Source: Octopus vulgaris (lineage: Eukaryota). Taken from it: a DNA stretch of 64,000 bases. Where the stretch lies: assembly GCA_951406725.2 (NCBI GenBank), contig OX597824.1, forward strand, positions 78,368,001 through 78,432,000, given 5' to 3'. Shown here one piece after another: positions 15,135-29,321 of the stretch (its first letter is position 1; every line of letters begins with the position of its first letter). The translations under genes were made by a program, and so were the position numbers. The notes under the pieces are model-generated. The model ran no database searches. It was not told the origin of the DNA and saw only the letters and a list, made by a program, of their open reading frames with translations.

Positions 15135-15503
15135 GTATGTATGTATATATACACACACATAAACACAGACATACACACACAAATATATTCTTTAATTCTT
15201 TTACTTTTTCAGTCATTTGACAGGGGCCAAGCTGGAGCACCACCTTTAGTCGAACAAATCGACCCCGTAAGTTGCATCAAATTTTAATGATTCCCTTCCA
15301 TATTTTTATTTTACCCATTAATTAGGTTTTAAGCGCCCCTCTCCTAATTATTTCGAAATTAATCTCAATTTCCAAACCTAATTGAATGTAGGTTATCCTT
15401 TCTCTAGAATATTTTACATTTAAGGGTACTCTTTTTAACTGAGGACCCAGGTTCAAAATTTCAGCCCGAGCTCCATTGTGATCTCAGCACTGAACTATAT
15501 ACC

Positions 15504-15730
15504 TATTTCTTTACTACCCACAAGGGGCCAAACACAGAGAGGACAAACAAGGACAGACAAACGGATTAAGTCAATTATATTTCGACCCCAGTGCGTAACT
15601 GGTACTTAATTTATTGACCCCGAAAGGATGAAAGGCAAAGTCGACCTCGGCGGAATTTGAACTCAGAACATTACGGCAGACGAAATACGGCTACGCATTT
15701 CGCCCGGTGTGCTAACATTTCTGCCAGCTC
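15504..15730 (-). mobile_element. tRNA-derived SINE family B
   Basis: Core gaggtcgactttgcctttcatcctttcggggtc; 17-bp TSD gcactgaactatatacc at 15487-15503 and 15731-15747. Confidence 0.9.
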
Positions 15731-16163
15731 GCACTGAACTATATACCGTATCAACGAGGGAACTGACTTGGGATTCATCTTTATCATAAAGTTTGAGGTT
15801 ATCCATAAATAACAAGTGGTTGACTCTTTGTTGGTAGTTCTTGAATACTTACCCAGCCTTTGCTTTCCTCAGAGTCAGTGTTAGTGTTATCATGCACAAT
15901 ACAAAGATCAGTGGAGACAGGCAGTCCCCTTGGGAGATGCCTCTCCTAATTTCTACTGTCCCTAAACTTCTTCCATATGCTGTCAATTCCGTCCTCCACT
16001 TCACCATACTTTTTCCAAGCAATCGCTAAACATTCGATGCAATACCAAATAGGCTCATACATTCCATAATCCAAGGATGTAGGATCGTATCGTACGCCTT
16101 ACGATAATCGATACATGACAACATGGCTAAGCTAGTTTTCCTCTTCTTGCTGTCTCTAAGTAT

Positions 16164-17220
16164 GAGATGACATCTGGTGTGCCGCAGGGATCTGTTCTTG
16201 CCCCCCTTTTATTTGTTACATATGTTAATGACATAGATGCCAACTTAAAGAATGCCACAGTGCTGAAATATGCAGATGACATCAAGCTGTACCTCGAAAT
16301 AAAGAGGTCAAATCCTATACACTATGGATCTCTATTGCAAGCAGACCTGGACACAATGCAGCAGTGGATCATGGACTGGCAACTCAAGCTGGCTGTGGAC
16401 AAATGTACCACCATGCATTTTGGGAGGAGAAACCCAGCGTCCACCTACTCCCTCCACAACACTAGTCTCAAAAAGTCTTCAAGTGAACGTGACCTGGGTG
16501 TTATTGTCGACAGTGATCTGCGTTGGACAAAACACATCGCCAAAATTGTCAAGAAGGCTGAGGGTGTCTTGGCATCACTCACCAAATCCTTTGTGAGCCG
16601 CTCTCCGGCTATCTATCTGCGGCTTTATATAGCTATGGTAAGACCTCACTTGGAGTTTGCATCACCGGTCTGGAACCCCTATCTTGCCCAGGACATCAAT
16701 CGTCTGGAAGCTGTTCAGCGACGTGCAACCAAAAGAATACCCTCCATCAGGCATTTGCCATATCCTGAACGCCTTACTTCCCTGGGCATGGACACATTGA
16801 AACTCCGACGTCTGGCAGCTGACCTGGCAGACACCCATAAAATTATCAACCATCGCACAAACAATAACACTGAGCACCTCTTCAAACTCCACCCATCTAA
16901 CACCCGTGGACATATTTACAAAGTAAGAAAACAGCACAGCTCCCATGACTTCAGGAAACATGTTTTCACGCTGAGAGTTGCTGAAGCGTGGAACAAACTG
17001 CCGGCATCGGTTGTTAGTTGTCGGAGCACTGCATCCTTCAAGACTTCCATGCTTCCTGAGATTCGCCAACACTACACTTGATTTTCTCCCCTCCATACAC
17101 ACACAAGCATGTTCACTTTCCAGACATTTCTACATTACTGCATGTACTTTATATGCACTTTCTGACAAGTTGTGGTGCACCTGAGCACTGTATACAATAA
17201 TTTCATTATATTATATTATA
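16164..17220 (+). mobile_element. 5'-truncated CR1-like LINE with an open RT C-terminal ORF (16167-17081)
   Basis: PQGSVLAPLLF, KYADD, VRPHLEFASPVWNPY, LEAVQRRATK; 3' UTR and ATT-rich tail; taagta duplicated at both junctions. Confidence 0.92.
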
Positions 17221-17872
17221 AGTACAGTTTTGTCTTGGTACCTCTGCACTTACGCTTGCAACCCTTCTGCTCATGTGGCAGGACTCTGTGAGTATTCCAG
17301 TCAATAATTTCCACATAAGTGGCAAGCAGGATATCGACCTGTAATTATCTACCGTATCGTCTTTTTCGATGTTTTACAAGCACAGCACTGAACTAGCCAT
17401 TGTCAACCATTCTGATGCTCCTTGTTCGGCATTTAACAAGGTCTTGAGTTGTGCAGCTATTCATGCCTGACATTCGCCAAATCTTTTGATCCAGTAGCTT
17501 TAAACTCCATCTGATCCCGGGGCCTTCTAGTTGCTCTTTTATTATTTTTTTTTTGGCGGGGGCGGGGGGGTGATTTCCTTCACTTCTCTAACTGAAATGA
17601 CTGATTCTGTCTGTTTTGGACAGACTACTGTTTGTTTCAGTTCTTGCAACCATTTAGCATCCTTCTTGTGCTCCTTTTCTTTGCTCCAGATGTTACTCCT
17701 ATCCCTTTGACTTTCAATGTTTTCTCGTATCAAATTTTCGTCTCTACGCTCTCCATTTATTTCTTTATAGAATATCTTCTGATCTACTCTGAGTAACCTA
17801 TTCTACTGGTATCCACGACGACCATGTTGACGACGACGACGGCGACGGTGACGGCGGTGGCAATGGGGATAA

Positions 17873-17921
17873 ATGATGATGATGACGATGACGATGATGA
17901 TGATGATGATGACGATGTTGA

Positions 17922-17956
<35 letters not shown>

Positions 17957-17965
17957 CGATGTTGA

Positions 17966-17996
<31 letters not shown>

Positions 17997-18012
17997 ACGA
18001 CGACGATGTTGA

Positions 18013-18050
<38 letters not shown>

Positions 18051-18143
18051 CGACGATGACGATGACGATGATGATGATGATGATGATGATGACGAGGACG
18101 ATGATGATGATGATGATGATGATGATGACGACGACGATGTTGA

Positions 18144-18174
<31 letters not shown>

Positions 18175-18230
18175 ACGACGATGACGATGATGATGACGAT
18201 GATGATGATGATGATGACGATGACGAGGAC

Positions 18231-18280
<50 letters not shown>

Positions 18281-18345
18281 CGATGTTGATTTGATGATGA
18301 TGATGATGATTATGATGACGCCGACACCAACGGCGACTATGATGA
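17873..18345. repeat. (GAT/GAC)n trinucleotide array
   Basis: Direct inspection. Confidence 0.9.
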
Positions 18346-18602
18346 TGAATAAATATACAGTGATGACGAAAGTAACTACAAATCACAAACATAATAACTC
18401 CGCTTTGGTTCTCTCGCTAATATATTTATTTATTTCATTATATATTTTTCATTTTATTTCTTGTTTATTTACGGACTCACTTCACGCATTTAACTGCACT
18501 GAATAGCCGTCACATTCTGACAATTCTGACTGACACCTCTCCGCTATGAAAAAATTGTTCAGGCATAGTCTTTCAGCCACCGAATTCTCTCAATATATCT
18601 CG

Positions 18603-19038
<436 letters not shown>

Positions 19039-19139
19039 AATATATATATATATATATACATATATGTGGGGAGGGTGTTTGTGTGGGCTTGTGTGTGTGA
19101 GTTTGTGTATGTGTGTGTATGAATCTTTTAGCTTTCATA

Positions 19140-19414
19140 TTTTACTTGCGTCAGTGATTAGACTGTGGCCATGCTAGACATCGACTTGGAACAAGATTTA
19201 GTTCAATGAATCGACCCCCAGCGCTTATTTTTTGGTTAAGCCTGGTATTTATTCTAGCAATCTCTTTTGCTGAACCACTATGTTTCGGGGACTTAAACAC
19301 ACCAACACCGGTTGTAAAGCGGTTGTGGGAAACAAGAATATACACAAATACACATACATACATACAACATACATACATACATACATACATACATACATAC
19401 ATACATACATACAT

Positions 19415-19464
<50 letters not shown>

Positions 19465-19612
19465 CGGTGGGCTTATTTCAGTTTCCATCTACAAGGCTTT
19501 GATCAGCCGGAATCTATAGTTGAAGACACTTTCACAAGAAGGTACCACGCAGTGGGACTGAACCTGGAGCCGTGTGGTTGGGAAGCAAGATTCTTACCAC
19601 ACAGCCATGCCT
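19140..19612 (-). mobile_element. SINE family A, diverged copy
   Basis: Head tcttaccacacagcc and tail gactgtggccatgct. Confidence 0.75.
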
Positions 19613-19619
19613 GTATGCA

Positions 19620-20499
19620 TGAATTTATGTATGCACGAATGTATGTATGTGTGTACGTATGTATGTATGTATGTATGTGTATGTATGTATGTATGTGTAT
19701 GTATGTATGTGTATGTATATATGTATGTATGTGTATGTATGTATGTATGTGTGTGTATGTATGTATGCATGTATGTGTGTGTATGTATGCATGTATGTAT
19801 GTATGTATGTGTATGTATGTATGTATGTATGTGTGTGTATGTATGTATGTGTATGTATGTATGTATGTATGTGTATGTATGTATGTATGTATGTGTATGT
19901 ATATATGTATGTATGTGTGTATGTATGCATGTATGTATGTATGTGTGTGTATGTATGTATGCATGTATGTATGTATGTGTGTATGTATGCATGTATGTAT
20001 GTATGTATGTATGTATGTATGTATGTATGTATGTATGTATGTATGTATGTATGTATGAATGTATGAATGTATGTGTAGATTTTCGTAGCCGATTCCATAA
20101 TATTCCCATTTTATTTTTTCTATATCCACATTCTTTACATACTTGAGTATTTTCATAAGTGTTTCACGCCTTACTGGCCAACAGCTTGACTGAGAAATCC
20201 TATAATTAACCACAACCAATAATCTTATCAGATCCACTTGAGATAGCACACATTTCAAAGCTCGTACCGGGGTACTGAGGAGAATGAAGCAAGACTGATT
20301 TTCATAGAGCAATCATCTTGGCAACCAAATACATAGATGCCTCTGTCTGTGTATTTGTGTGTGTGAGAAAGTGCGTAGTGTATATGCATATATATATGTG
20401 TGTGTATGTGTATGTATGTATATATATGTATGCATATATATGTATGTATATATGTATATGCATATATATATATACACACACACACATATATATATATAA

Positions 20500-20551
<52 letters not shown>

Positions 20552-20755
20552 GTATGTGTTTATATATATATGCATATACATATATATATATATATGTATG
20601 TATGTGTATATATATATATATATGCGTGTGTTTATATACATATATGCATATACATATATGCATACATATATATACATGCATATATATACATACATACACA
20701 TACACATATACACAGACATGAATACGCACACATATGTATATGCATATATATATTC

Positions 20756-20786
<31 letters not shown>

Positions 20787-20810
20787 TGTATGTATGTATG
20801 TATGTATGTA
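19620..20810. repeat. (TATG)n/(TA)n compound microsatellite
   Basis: Direct inspection; includes a non-repetitive interruption at about 20075-20340. Confidence 0.85.
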
Positions 20811-21234
20811 TAATTTGGTACACGTAAATATATACACATAAATATACAGACATAAATATAACCACCGCTGAGCTCTACACTGATTTTTCTCTATCCGATT
20901 TTTTCTTTTTTGTTTTTGTCTTTTGGGTTTTTTTTTTTGGTTTTTTGTTTTTATACATTCTCTCTCCATTTTTTCCCTTTTATTCTTTCTGTAGGCTCGA
21001 AACGTAAAAGATGTTTTCATTTTTCCCAAGCGTCAAACTAATACACCTGCTAATTGTTCCTTCACCTGTATATATAGTAACCGATTAAGGGATAAAATAT
21101 CCGTACATACTCTTGGTATATACTCTAAAATATCCGTATATACTCTTGGTATTATCCACGAGCAATGGTGTGCAGGCACACCATAAACGTAGAGTGTTGA
21201 TAACAACAGATTAAACAAGAGTTTATCTTGAACC

Positions 21235-21891
21235 AATGCAAATAATTAGAAAATGGAGAAAACCACAGATTAACGAACACATCGATTGGGCCACATTTAT
21301 AGCTTATTTTTTAATACAAAGTATGACATAACAAAATAGGTGACGTAACATATCTTACGGCCGTTTCTGATCGGATTGCCAAAATACAGTCTACACAAAA
21401 ATGCGAGAATAAAATTCTTCATCTTCATGGGCATTCGAATTAAGGCAACGGATTTTCATCAGAGTGAAAAACAAGAGCATACAATATAAACAAAAGGAAG
21501 AAGAAAGAGGAAAGAAAACATGGCTTAGACAAATAGTCTAGAAGTCCAATATGTTAAGAGCAAATAATTAATTACCATCAGGGCTACAGGTTCGGTAGGT
21601 AAAGGAATGAGCTAGTTAAGGACCTCTTGCTTCTTCCTTTTGTTTATATTGTATACTCTTGTTTTTCACTTTGATGAAGATCTGTTGTCTTAATTCAAAT
21701 GCGCTATGAAGATGAAGAATTTTATTCTCACATTTATGTATAGACTGCATTTTGGCAGAAACGGCCGTAAGATATGTTATGCCACCTATTTTGTCATGTC
21801 GTGCTTTGTATTAAAAAATAAGCTATAAATGTGGTCTAATCGATGTGTTGGTTAATCTGTGGTTTTCTCCATTTTCTAATTATTTGCATTG
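21235..21891. repeat. Inverted repeat of about 270 bp (Penelope-type ends with hammerhead motifs)
   Basis: 21235-21510 is the diverged reverse complement of 21622-21891; both arms carry GAAACggccGTA. Confidence 0.85.
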
Positions 21892-21922
21892 TTACATATA
21901 TATAAATGAGTAACAAATATGT

Positions 21923-22173
21923 ACAGGTGTCAATTCATTACGGCCGTTTCAAACGACTCCTTTAATTGATTAATGAAAACATTACATCATTTGAAAAAAC
22001 CCTTCACTTCAGATGACAGTAAAGATTTCAAACATGAAGGATACAACCATTTCCTTAGCATATTCACATTAATAACGAAACTCAAAATATTTACATTGTT
22101 TCTTTTGACATATCTGTGGCAGAATTCATTAATCAATTAATCACTTGAAACGGCCGTAATGAATTGACACCTG
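21923..22173. repeat. Short inverted repeat with hammerhead motif
   Basis: caggtgtcaattcattacggccgtttcaa / ttgaaacggccgtaatgaattgacacctg. Confidence 0.8.
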
Positions 22174-22428
22174 CACTCATTAATATTTTAATCACCTAAG
22201 TTGGAATCTGTATTTCGGAAATACTATAGAAAGGACCTTTATAAAAAAAGTACATGTCTGAATTAGCAAGAACGGATGTCTTCAGTCAGGTTACGTTGTC
22301 TGTACACACGGCAGGAATATAAGGTAAAAATAAACCTGCACGGAGTTTTTATATTCAATATTCAATTAATATTGTTTGACCTAGCAATGTGCGTCAATTT
22401 AGACACTTAATTCAACGGAATCTTAATC

Positions 22429-22527
<99 letters not shown>

Positions 22528-22569
22528 CACATATGTACAGACATATATATATGAAATATATATATATAA

Positions 22570-23340
22570 AGGAATACAGATGATACAAAAAAGGGAGACA
22601 AGAAAAACAAGGACGGGTCATTCCTAGTTTTCTTTCCTCAGTCGAGTTCCAGATTATCGTTGCAATTTCGGCTGCTTGTACTCTAGATTGCTCCAATCTG
22701 GTCAGCCGCAAGGAAAACCTAAGCGAAGAGCACTAGATTCCTTGGAAGAAAGCAGCGAATGTATACGAAAGCAAGGACGGAAAAGAAACGGAGAAATGCT
22801 ACACAGATACAAATGCAAATAACAGGACATTAACAACAAGTGTCTTTCGACGAAGGACGTCACGTATATAATACGGATACATTTATATATAAATACATAC
22901 ATACGCATATACATACATAGGCACACATAAGTACATGCATGTATACATATATATATATATACATATATATATGTGTGTGTGTGTGTGTAATACAAAATGG
23001 GATAAGAACGCAAAACATCCAGACAGTAAGGTGATACAAGAAGGGGACAACAAAACATCTAGATAGACGATACAAAGAAAACAAAGACGGGTCATTCTAT
23101 CCTCAGTCTACTTTCAGATTATCTTTACAATTTCGGCTGGTTATACTCGAGATTGCTCCAGTCTGGCCAGCCCCAAAGAAAAACTAAGCTAAGAGCAGTA
23201 GATTCCTTGGAAGAAAGCAGCGAATGTATATGAAAACAAGGACGAAAAAAAGGACGGAAAAAAACAGAGAAGGTTACACAAATCAAATAACAGGATATAA
23301 CAACAGGTGTTTTTCGGCTAAAGACGAATTAAATTAAGCT
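22570..23340. repeat. Two diverged direct copies of an interspersed repeat (about 22590-22860 and 23060-23340)
   Basis: Shared gacgggtcattc, cagattatc, gattgctcca, tagattccttggaagaaagcagcgaatgtata. Confidence 0.7.
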
Positions 23341-24089
23341 GGCGTGTGTAGAAATAAGGCCTTACGACAGGGATACAATATTTCACAGGCACAGGGGATA
23401 ATATAGACGTTGCACGGACAGCGGCCGAACCAAGAAAGAAAGGTCGGGCTTAGCTGAACACCGGTCTCGTGGAGAGAGAAGAGAGAGGTAGAGGCAGTAA
23501 GATAGAAGAATTAAGGAGGGGCGAGAAAAAAGTGAAAGGGACAGAGTGAAGTGAAAGAGGAGGAAAGGTGAGCATGAAGAGAAGGCCAGGAAGTGTGAGA
23601 GAGAGGGAACGAAAGAACGAAGAGTGGATTGAACGACATAAGCATAGAAAGGTCTGATAGAAAGAAGGAAAGAATAAAAGAATAAAAGAAAAAAAGAAAT
23701 AAAAGGAAAAGAAGAAAAGAAGAAGTACAAGATTTAGATAAATATATACTTCCTCGCGCGTTTGTGTGTGTTTATGTGTGTGTGTGTGGAATGTAACAAA
23801 CAAATAATTCTTATTGTTTACCAATATTTTCCAATGTTTCTACAGACAATACAGATTCCATGCCATAAGCATAGAATGACTTCACCAATAGACAGCTTGG
23901 CTTATATTATTTGTAGCTCAGACCTATTGTTAGTCAATTCTTGGGAAAATAGTCGTCGTCGTCGTCGTGGTGTTGGTGGTGTCAGTGCTGCATCGCCACC
24001 CCACCTCCCGTCATCGTCATCATAGACGTCGTCGCTGTCATCATTGCCAGCATCTCCACTGCTTCAGTCACAAACCTTAGTTGCTCCAC

Positions 24090-24571
24090 AACTGCCGTTA
24101 TAATCTTCATCCTCTCTATCACTATCACCATCACCACCACCATCATCGTCATCGACATCACCATCACCATCACTATCACCAACATCATAATCATCATCAT
24201 CCACAACAGCAGCAGCAAGGCCGTCCTCAACATAATCATCACCATCATCATCACCACCATCATCACCACCACTATCATCATCATCATGAACATCAATGCC
24301 ATTGTCATCATCATCATCATCATCATCAACATCATCGTCATCATCACCACCACCACCGTTGTCGTCGGCTACGGCGGCGGCATCATCGTCGTCGTTGTCA
24401 TCGTCGCTGCCATCGGCATCATCATCATTATCAACATCATCACCATCGTCGTCGTCGTCATTGTCATCGTCCTCGTCGTCGTCCTCGTTGTCGTCGCCAT
24501 CGGCATCATCATCATCGTCATCATTATCATCATGATCATCATCATGATCATCATCATGATCATCATCATCG

Positions 24572-24602
<31 letters not shown>

Positions 24603-24610
24603 CATGATCT
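24090..24610. repeat. (CAT/CGT/CAC)n trinucleotide array
   Basis: Direct inspection. Confidence 0.9.
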
Positions 24611-24757
24611 ATATCCGGAGCGTCACTAACACCGTCGTCATCTCATGGTTCTTATCGGAGAACCCGCTTTAATATCAGATAGAACACACATCAATAGATG
24701 CCCTTTAGTCAGTGACATTGGTTTCTGAAATGAATATATTTTTCTCTTTGATCACAG

Positions 24758-24920
24758 GTCAAAATCAGAGATTTCACAGGCGTCCAGATAACGCTTTAAT
24801 TTTCGACAATACGTTTTGTTGCCAACAAGCCGCAAGCAGCAAAGCGCGCTGTCATTATTGGCAGATGTGTCGAAAGAACTGTATTTATGCCGAGCTGCGA
24901 ATTCTAGCAAATTTTGCTTG
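24758..24920 (+). other. Candidate exon 2 (non-coding or UTR)
   Basis: Acceptor tttttctctttgatcacAG and donor GTatgt; non-repetitive sequence. Confidence 0.45.
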
Positions 24921-25380
24921 GTATGTAGACGTGAAATTAATTGATGACAAATAGATTAATTGGAACAGAAGAGAATATATGAAACAGAGCAACAACAGAA
25001 AAAAAAAAGCAATGAATAAATAAATAAATAAAAAGATAAATAAATAAATAAATATAGAGGCAGTTCGAAAACATTGTGTTGAAAACATTGTGAAGAGACT
25101 ACTACTAACTACTTCTATTCAGGAGGAGGAGGAGGAGGAGGAGGAGGAAGGGGAGGAAGAGGTTGATGACGACAACAAGTTCAAAAAGATGAGGAAAAAT
25201 CAAAGTGGTTCATCACATTTGCATTTAAGTATGCATATATAAATAAATAAATCTTTATATACATTTGCATATATATATATATACATACACACAAACACAT
25301 ACACACACAAACACACACACATATACACACTCACACTCACACGCACACAAACACACACACACACAGTCATATATATACAT

Positions 25381-25830
25381 ACAGTGTACGGAAATTAAAC
25401 TGTCGTCTGAATTACGCATAAATGAAAATAACACTGACATCTCATTTTAACAAAATATCTTCAAATAAAGAGTAAATTTATTTGATAAAATTGCATTTGC
25501 CTTAACCTACTGCCTGCCTCCAGACGACTTTTTGAATCTCCTGCAACACTTCTGGACGGTCTCCTTGTTTAAGTTGGTGAATGCTGCCATTACCCTTGCC
25601 TTCAGTTCATCTTTGGTGTTACAAGGAGTGGATTGCAGTCTGGGGAGTTAGGTGGGCAGATGTTAGAGGTGATATAGTTGCAGAAATTGTCCGACAGCTC
25701 GTGTGGCATGATGCAGAGTCCTGTTGCCAGACATAGGGTCTTCCAGCGCCCACCTTCTTCGCTAGGGCAGCACTACCTTCTCCAGGCACTTGATATAGGC
25801 CTCTGTGTTGATTCTGAGGCAGTGTGGGAA
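25381..25830 (-). mobile_element. Tc1/mariner DD37D (maT-like) remnant with internal deletions
   Basis: Homologous to 30690-31275 (PPNSPDCN, CNTKDELK); shared terminus tgtcgtct.aattacgca.aaatgaaaataa. Confidence 0.7.
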
Positions 25831-26004
25831 CATATATATATATTAGAATGTTTGGAAGTGATGTACAGGTATTATATTTTAGAAAAAAATAAGGTACTCA
25901 GAGATCTGGATGGTTGTACATTTACAGATTTTTATTAATATATCACATGTTTTTATAAATTATATATTAGCGCTTGCATCTGCGTTGTTGTGGGGGGGGG
26001 TGAC

Positions 26005-26168
26005 AATCGCAGACACACAAACACACATATATATACATTTACAGGACGGCTTCTTTCAGTTTCCGTTTACCAAATCCACGGACAAGGCTTTCCTCGGCCC
26101 GAGGCTATAATAGAAGAACTTGCCCAAGGTGCCACGCAGTGGGACTGAACCCGAAACCATATGGTTGC
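26005..26168 (-). mobile_element. SINE family A fragment
   Basis: ggcttctttcagtttccgt...gcccaaggtgccacgcagtgggactgaaccc. Confidence 0.8.
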
Positions 26169-27444
26169 GCGCGTGTGTCTGTGTGTCTGTGAGTGTGTAG
26201 GTACATACTTACAGTAATATGTAAGAAAATGTCAAAAAAACATATAACATAGCAGGTATATGTTATAAGTTCTCAAACGTGACTAAATGCCTAAAACACG
26301 ACATTGAGTGTGAAGGGACACAGGATTCGCGGAAATAGAAGTTGGTTGTAGTGGTCGAGCTAATGTAATTATAACAGAATAAAAGATGGACAGACCTTTG
26401 CAAGGCTTCTAGTCATTTATAACTTATTTGGACGGAAGAGAGTGTGAAAATATATAAATTTAGCAGAAAACTACGAGAAACCAGGTGTAAGTTCTTAGTG
26501 ATTCGGCATAGATAGGTATAAGTCCAGGTAATTCGTACCCTAATGTCATTAATGAAATTAATGAAATGAATAGAATTGAACCTTGATAAGTAAGTAAAAT
26601 CCACAGAAACTTCAGTCAAAACATCGAAATTATAGGATTCCTTTACAGCTGTTTCTGAGAGTAGGTGTTCATTGGGAGCAGTTGTGTACATTGTGTATAC
26701 CTATACAAAAGATAGGTTGTTGCAAGTTACTGGATGTAGAGCAGTATGAGTGTAAGTAAGGCAAAAGCCTAATCCATCGTCAGAGTTAAAATAAGTTAAC
26801 GCAACGTCTCAGTATATAAAATCAGATATGTTTATAAGATAGTCTAGTCGAGTAGAGGAAGATATATTAATAAAACTGACATTACAAGGAATAAAAGATA
26901 AAGAGGAATGAAGGATGACTATTATAAAAGAAATGGAAAAGAAAAGAGGAAGAGGGTAAGAAGTGAGGGAGGAGATAGGTGTAGGAGGGAAGATGTAAAG
27001 ATTTAAGGTATGTGTGACGTAGGCACAATAGGAGTATAATCGATGAGTGGTCTAATAAAGTGTGAGAGTGAGGTAGTGGTTCCTAAACATCAGAAGAATA
27101 TAAAATAGGCGGATCGAAGGATAAGAATTAAAGAGATGTTTTAAGGCTCTCTGCTGTGTGTACGGTCGCCAAACTGTCTAGTCGTGTGAATGGAAGTTGT
27201 GGAGTGTCGAAGATTGTGGAAATCTGATTAGAATATTTATAGAAAGAGGTAAATATAGGTAATAGTAGTTGTCTATCTGATTAGTAGGAGGTGAGAATAC
27301 AATACAGGAAAAGTAATTAAAGTGCACAAATTAGTGAACTAGTTAAGAAGTTTGCTAAATTTATTTATTTTAGTATTCTCCTCTGAATATATGTTATGAC
27401 TCGATGTCTGACAACGGTTTGTCCATAATTTATTCTATTATACA

Positions 27445-27660
27445 AGGCGGCAAGCTGGCTGAATCGTTAGCACGCCGGAGAAACTGCCTACCAGTATTTC
27501 ATCTGTCTTCAAGCTCTGAGTTCAAATTCCCTCGAGGTCAACTCTGCCTTTCATCCTTTCGAGGCCGATGAAATAAGAACCAGTTGAGCATTGGGGACGA
27601 TTTAATAGACTATTCCCCTGTTCCCAACATTTCAGGCCTTGTGCCTATGGTAGTAGAAAC
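27445..27660 (+). mobile_element. SINE family B, diverged copy
   Basis: ggcggcaagctggc head; gaggtcaactctgcctttcatcctttcg core. Confidence 0.8.
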
Positions 27661-27679
27661 ATTTATATATATATTTATA

Positions 27680-28068
27680 TGTGGAGGCGCAATGGCCCAG
27701 TGGTTAGGGGAGCGGACTCGCGGTCATAGGATCGCGGTTTCGATTCCCAGACCCGGCGTTGTGAGTGTTTATTGAGCGAAAACACCTAAAAGCTCCACGA
27801 GGCTCCGGCAGGGGATGGTTGTGATCCCTGCTGTACCCTTTCACCACAACTTTCTCTCACTCTTACTTCCTGTTTCTGTTGTACCTGTATTTCAAAGGGC
27901 CGGCCTTGTAACTCTCTGTCTCACGCTGAATATCCCCGAGAACTACGTTAAGGGTGCACGTGTCTGTGGAGTGCTCAGCCACTTACACGTTAATTTCACG
28001 AGCAGGCTGTTCCGTTGATTCGGATCAACCGGAACCCTCATCGTCGTAACCGACGGAGTGCTTCCATA
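27680..28068 (+). mobile_element. SINE family C, full length
   Basis: tRNA-like head; near-identical to the other three copies. Confidence 0.9.
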
Positions 28069-28669
28069 TATTCCATATATTTATATATATATATATAAGT
28101 CAGTAAGTAGTTGGGTTGGGTTAACCGCACGTGGAGAAATAATAGGAGCGGAAAAATTATAGCGTATTATTGTCTAGTTCCAGACAAATTGATATAAGCA
28201 TCCTGTTTGACAAAAAATCCATCATTCCAACTAAAGAGCATAAAATCCACAGAATTGTCTCCCCTTACGCACAGGAACTGGATAACTCCTACCCCATTTC
28301 CTGTTTTGACACACAATCACCCCACTCTTTTAAAATATACGCATTTAAACACATGCATCCTAATCCTCCAAAGAAGTTTTTCCAAGGACTATTATTGAAC
28401 TCTAAAAGCATAAAGACTCTACAATGTATTGGTATACTTATTTATTAACTTTTGTGTATATGTATTATTATTTTGGGGGGAAAACATTGTAACTTTCTTC
28501 TTCCCCTTCCTCAATTTAAAAAAAAAAATTTCCCGTTCCAAATCTTGAAAATTTGCCTTGCCATGAAGCCGGTTTGATTTTTTATTCTTTTCTTTTTAAT
28601 TTTTCATACACCCATTTTTATTAAAATTTACTTTTAATTTAGCATTCTGCCTTATTACAATTTTCCTCA

Positions 28670-28699
<30 letters not shown>

Positions 28700-28703
<4 letters not shown>

Positions 28704-29261
28704 TGACCCCCATCGGTCAGACACTGACCATGGGTTTGCACCTAGAGAGTTACCCTCTGAGGCACAAGTCTGGGCAAGGTTGTTTTATGGAAGACCAGCA
28801 GTCGCCCATGCATACCGGCCTCCCCTCTCCACATCACCGATGTTGTCCAAGGGAAAGGCAAGGGCCGATACAGCTTGGCACCTGTGACGTAGCAACTCAT
28901 TTCTACAGCTGAGTGAACTGAAGCAACGTGAAATAATGTGATTAGAGCGTCGAGCTTACGATCGTGAGGTTGTGAGCTCGAATCCCGGACCGGGCTGCGT
29001 GTTGTGTTCTTGAGCAAGGCACATTATTTCACGTTGCTCCAGTTCACTCAGCTGTAGAAATGAGTTGCGACGTCACTGGTGCCAAGCTGTATCGACCTTT
29101 GTCTTTCCCATGGATAACACTGGTGTCGTGGAGAGGGGAGGCTGGTATGCATGGGCGACTGCTGGTCTTCCATAAAACAACCTTGCCCGGACTTGTGTCT
29201 AGGAGGGTAACTTTCTAGGTGCAATCCCATGGTCATTCATGACCGAAGGGGGTCTTTACCC

Positions 29262-29262
<1 letters not shown>
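28700..29262. mobile_element. Head-to-head pair of SINE family D (minus 28700-28938, plus 28940-29262)
   Basis: Left arm is the reverse complement of 29020-29255; B box gagctcgaatcc, cttgagcaag, ctcagctgtagaaatgagt. Confidence 0.85.

Positions 29263-29321
<59 letters not shown>

Larger units (their letters stand above)
15470..17780 (-). mobile_element. Degenerate R4/Dong-like non-LTR element (RT region), interrupted by a SINE and a CR1-like LINE
   Basis: Minus-strand motifs [46 protein letters not shown]. Confidence 0.8.

Noticed and set aside
24081-24672. His-rich 182-aa ORF resembling histidine-rich structural proteins
   Set aside because: A (CAT)n-type array open in several frames, with no signal peptide or non-repetitive domain.
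26230-27400. Purine-rich tract that may be a decayed Penelope-like element (similar tract at 43740-44520)
   Set aside because: Only a partial GAAACagctGTA motif and no convincing translated motifs; too degraded to annotate.
27680-27755. tRNA gene
   Set aside because: The tRNA-like head continues into a 390-bp body repeated four times in the window, so it is a SINE.
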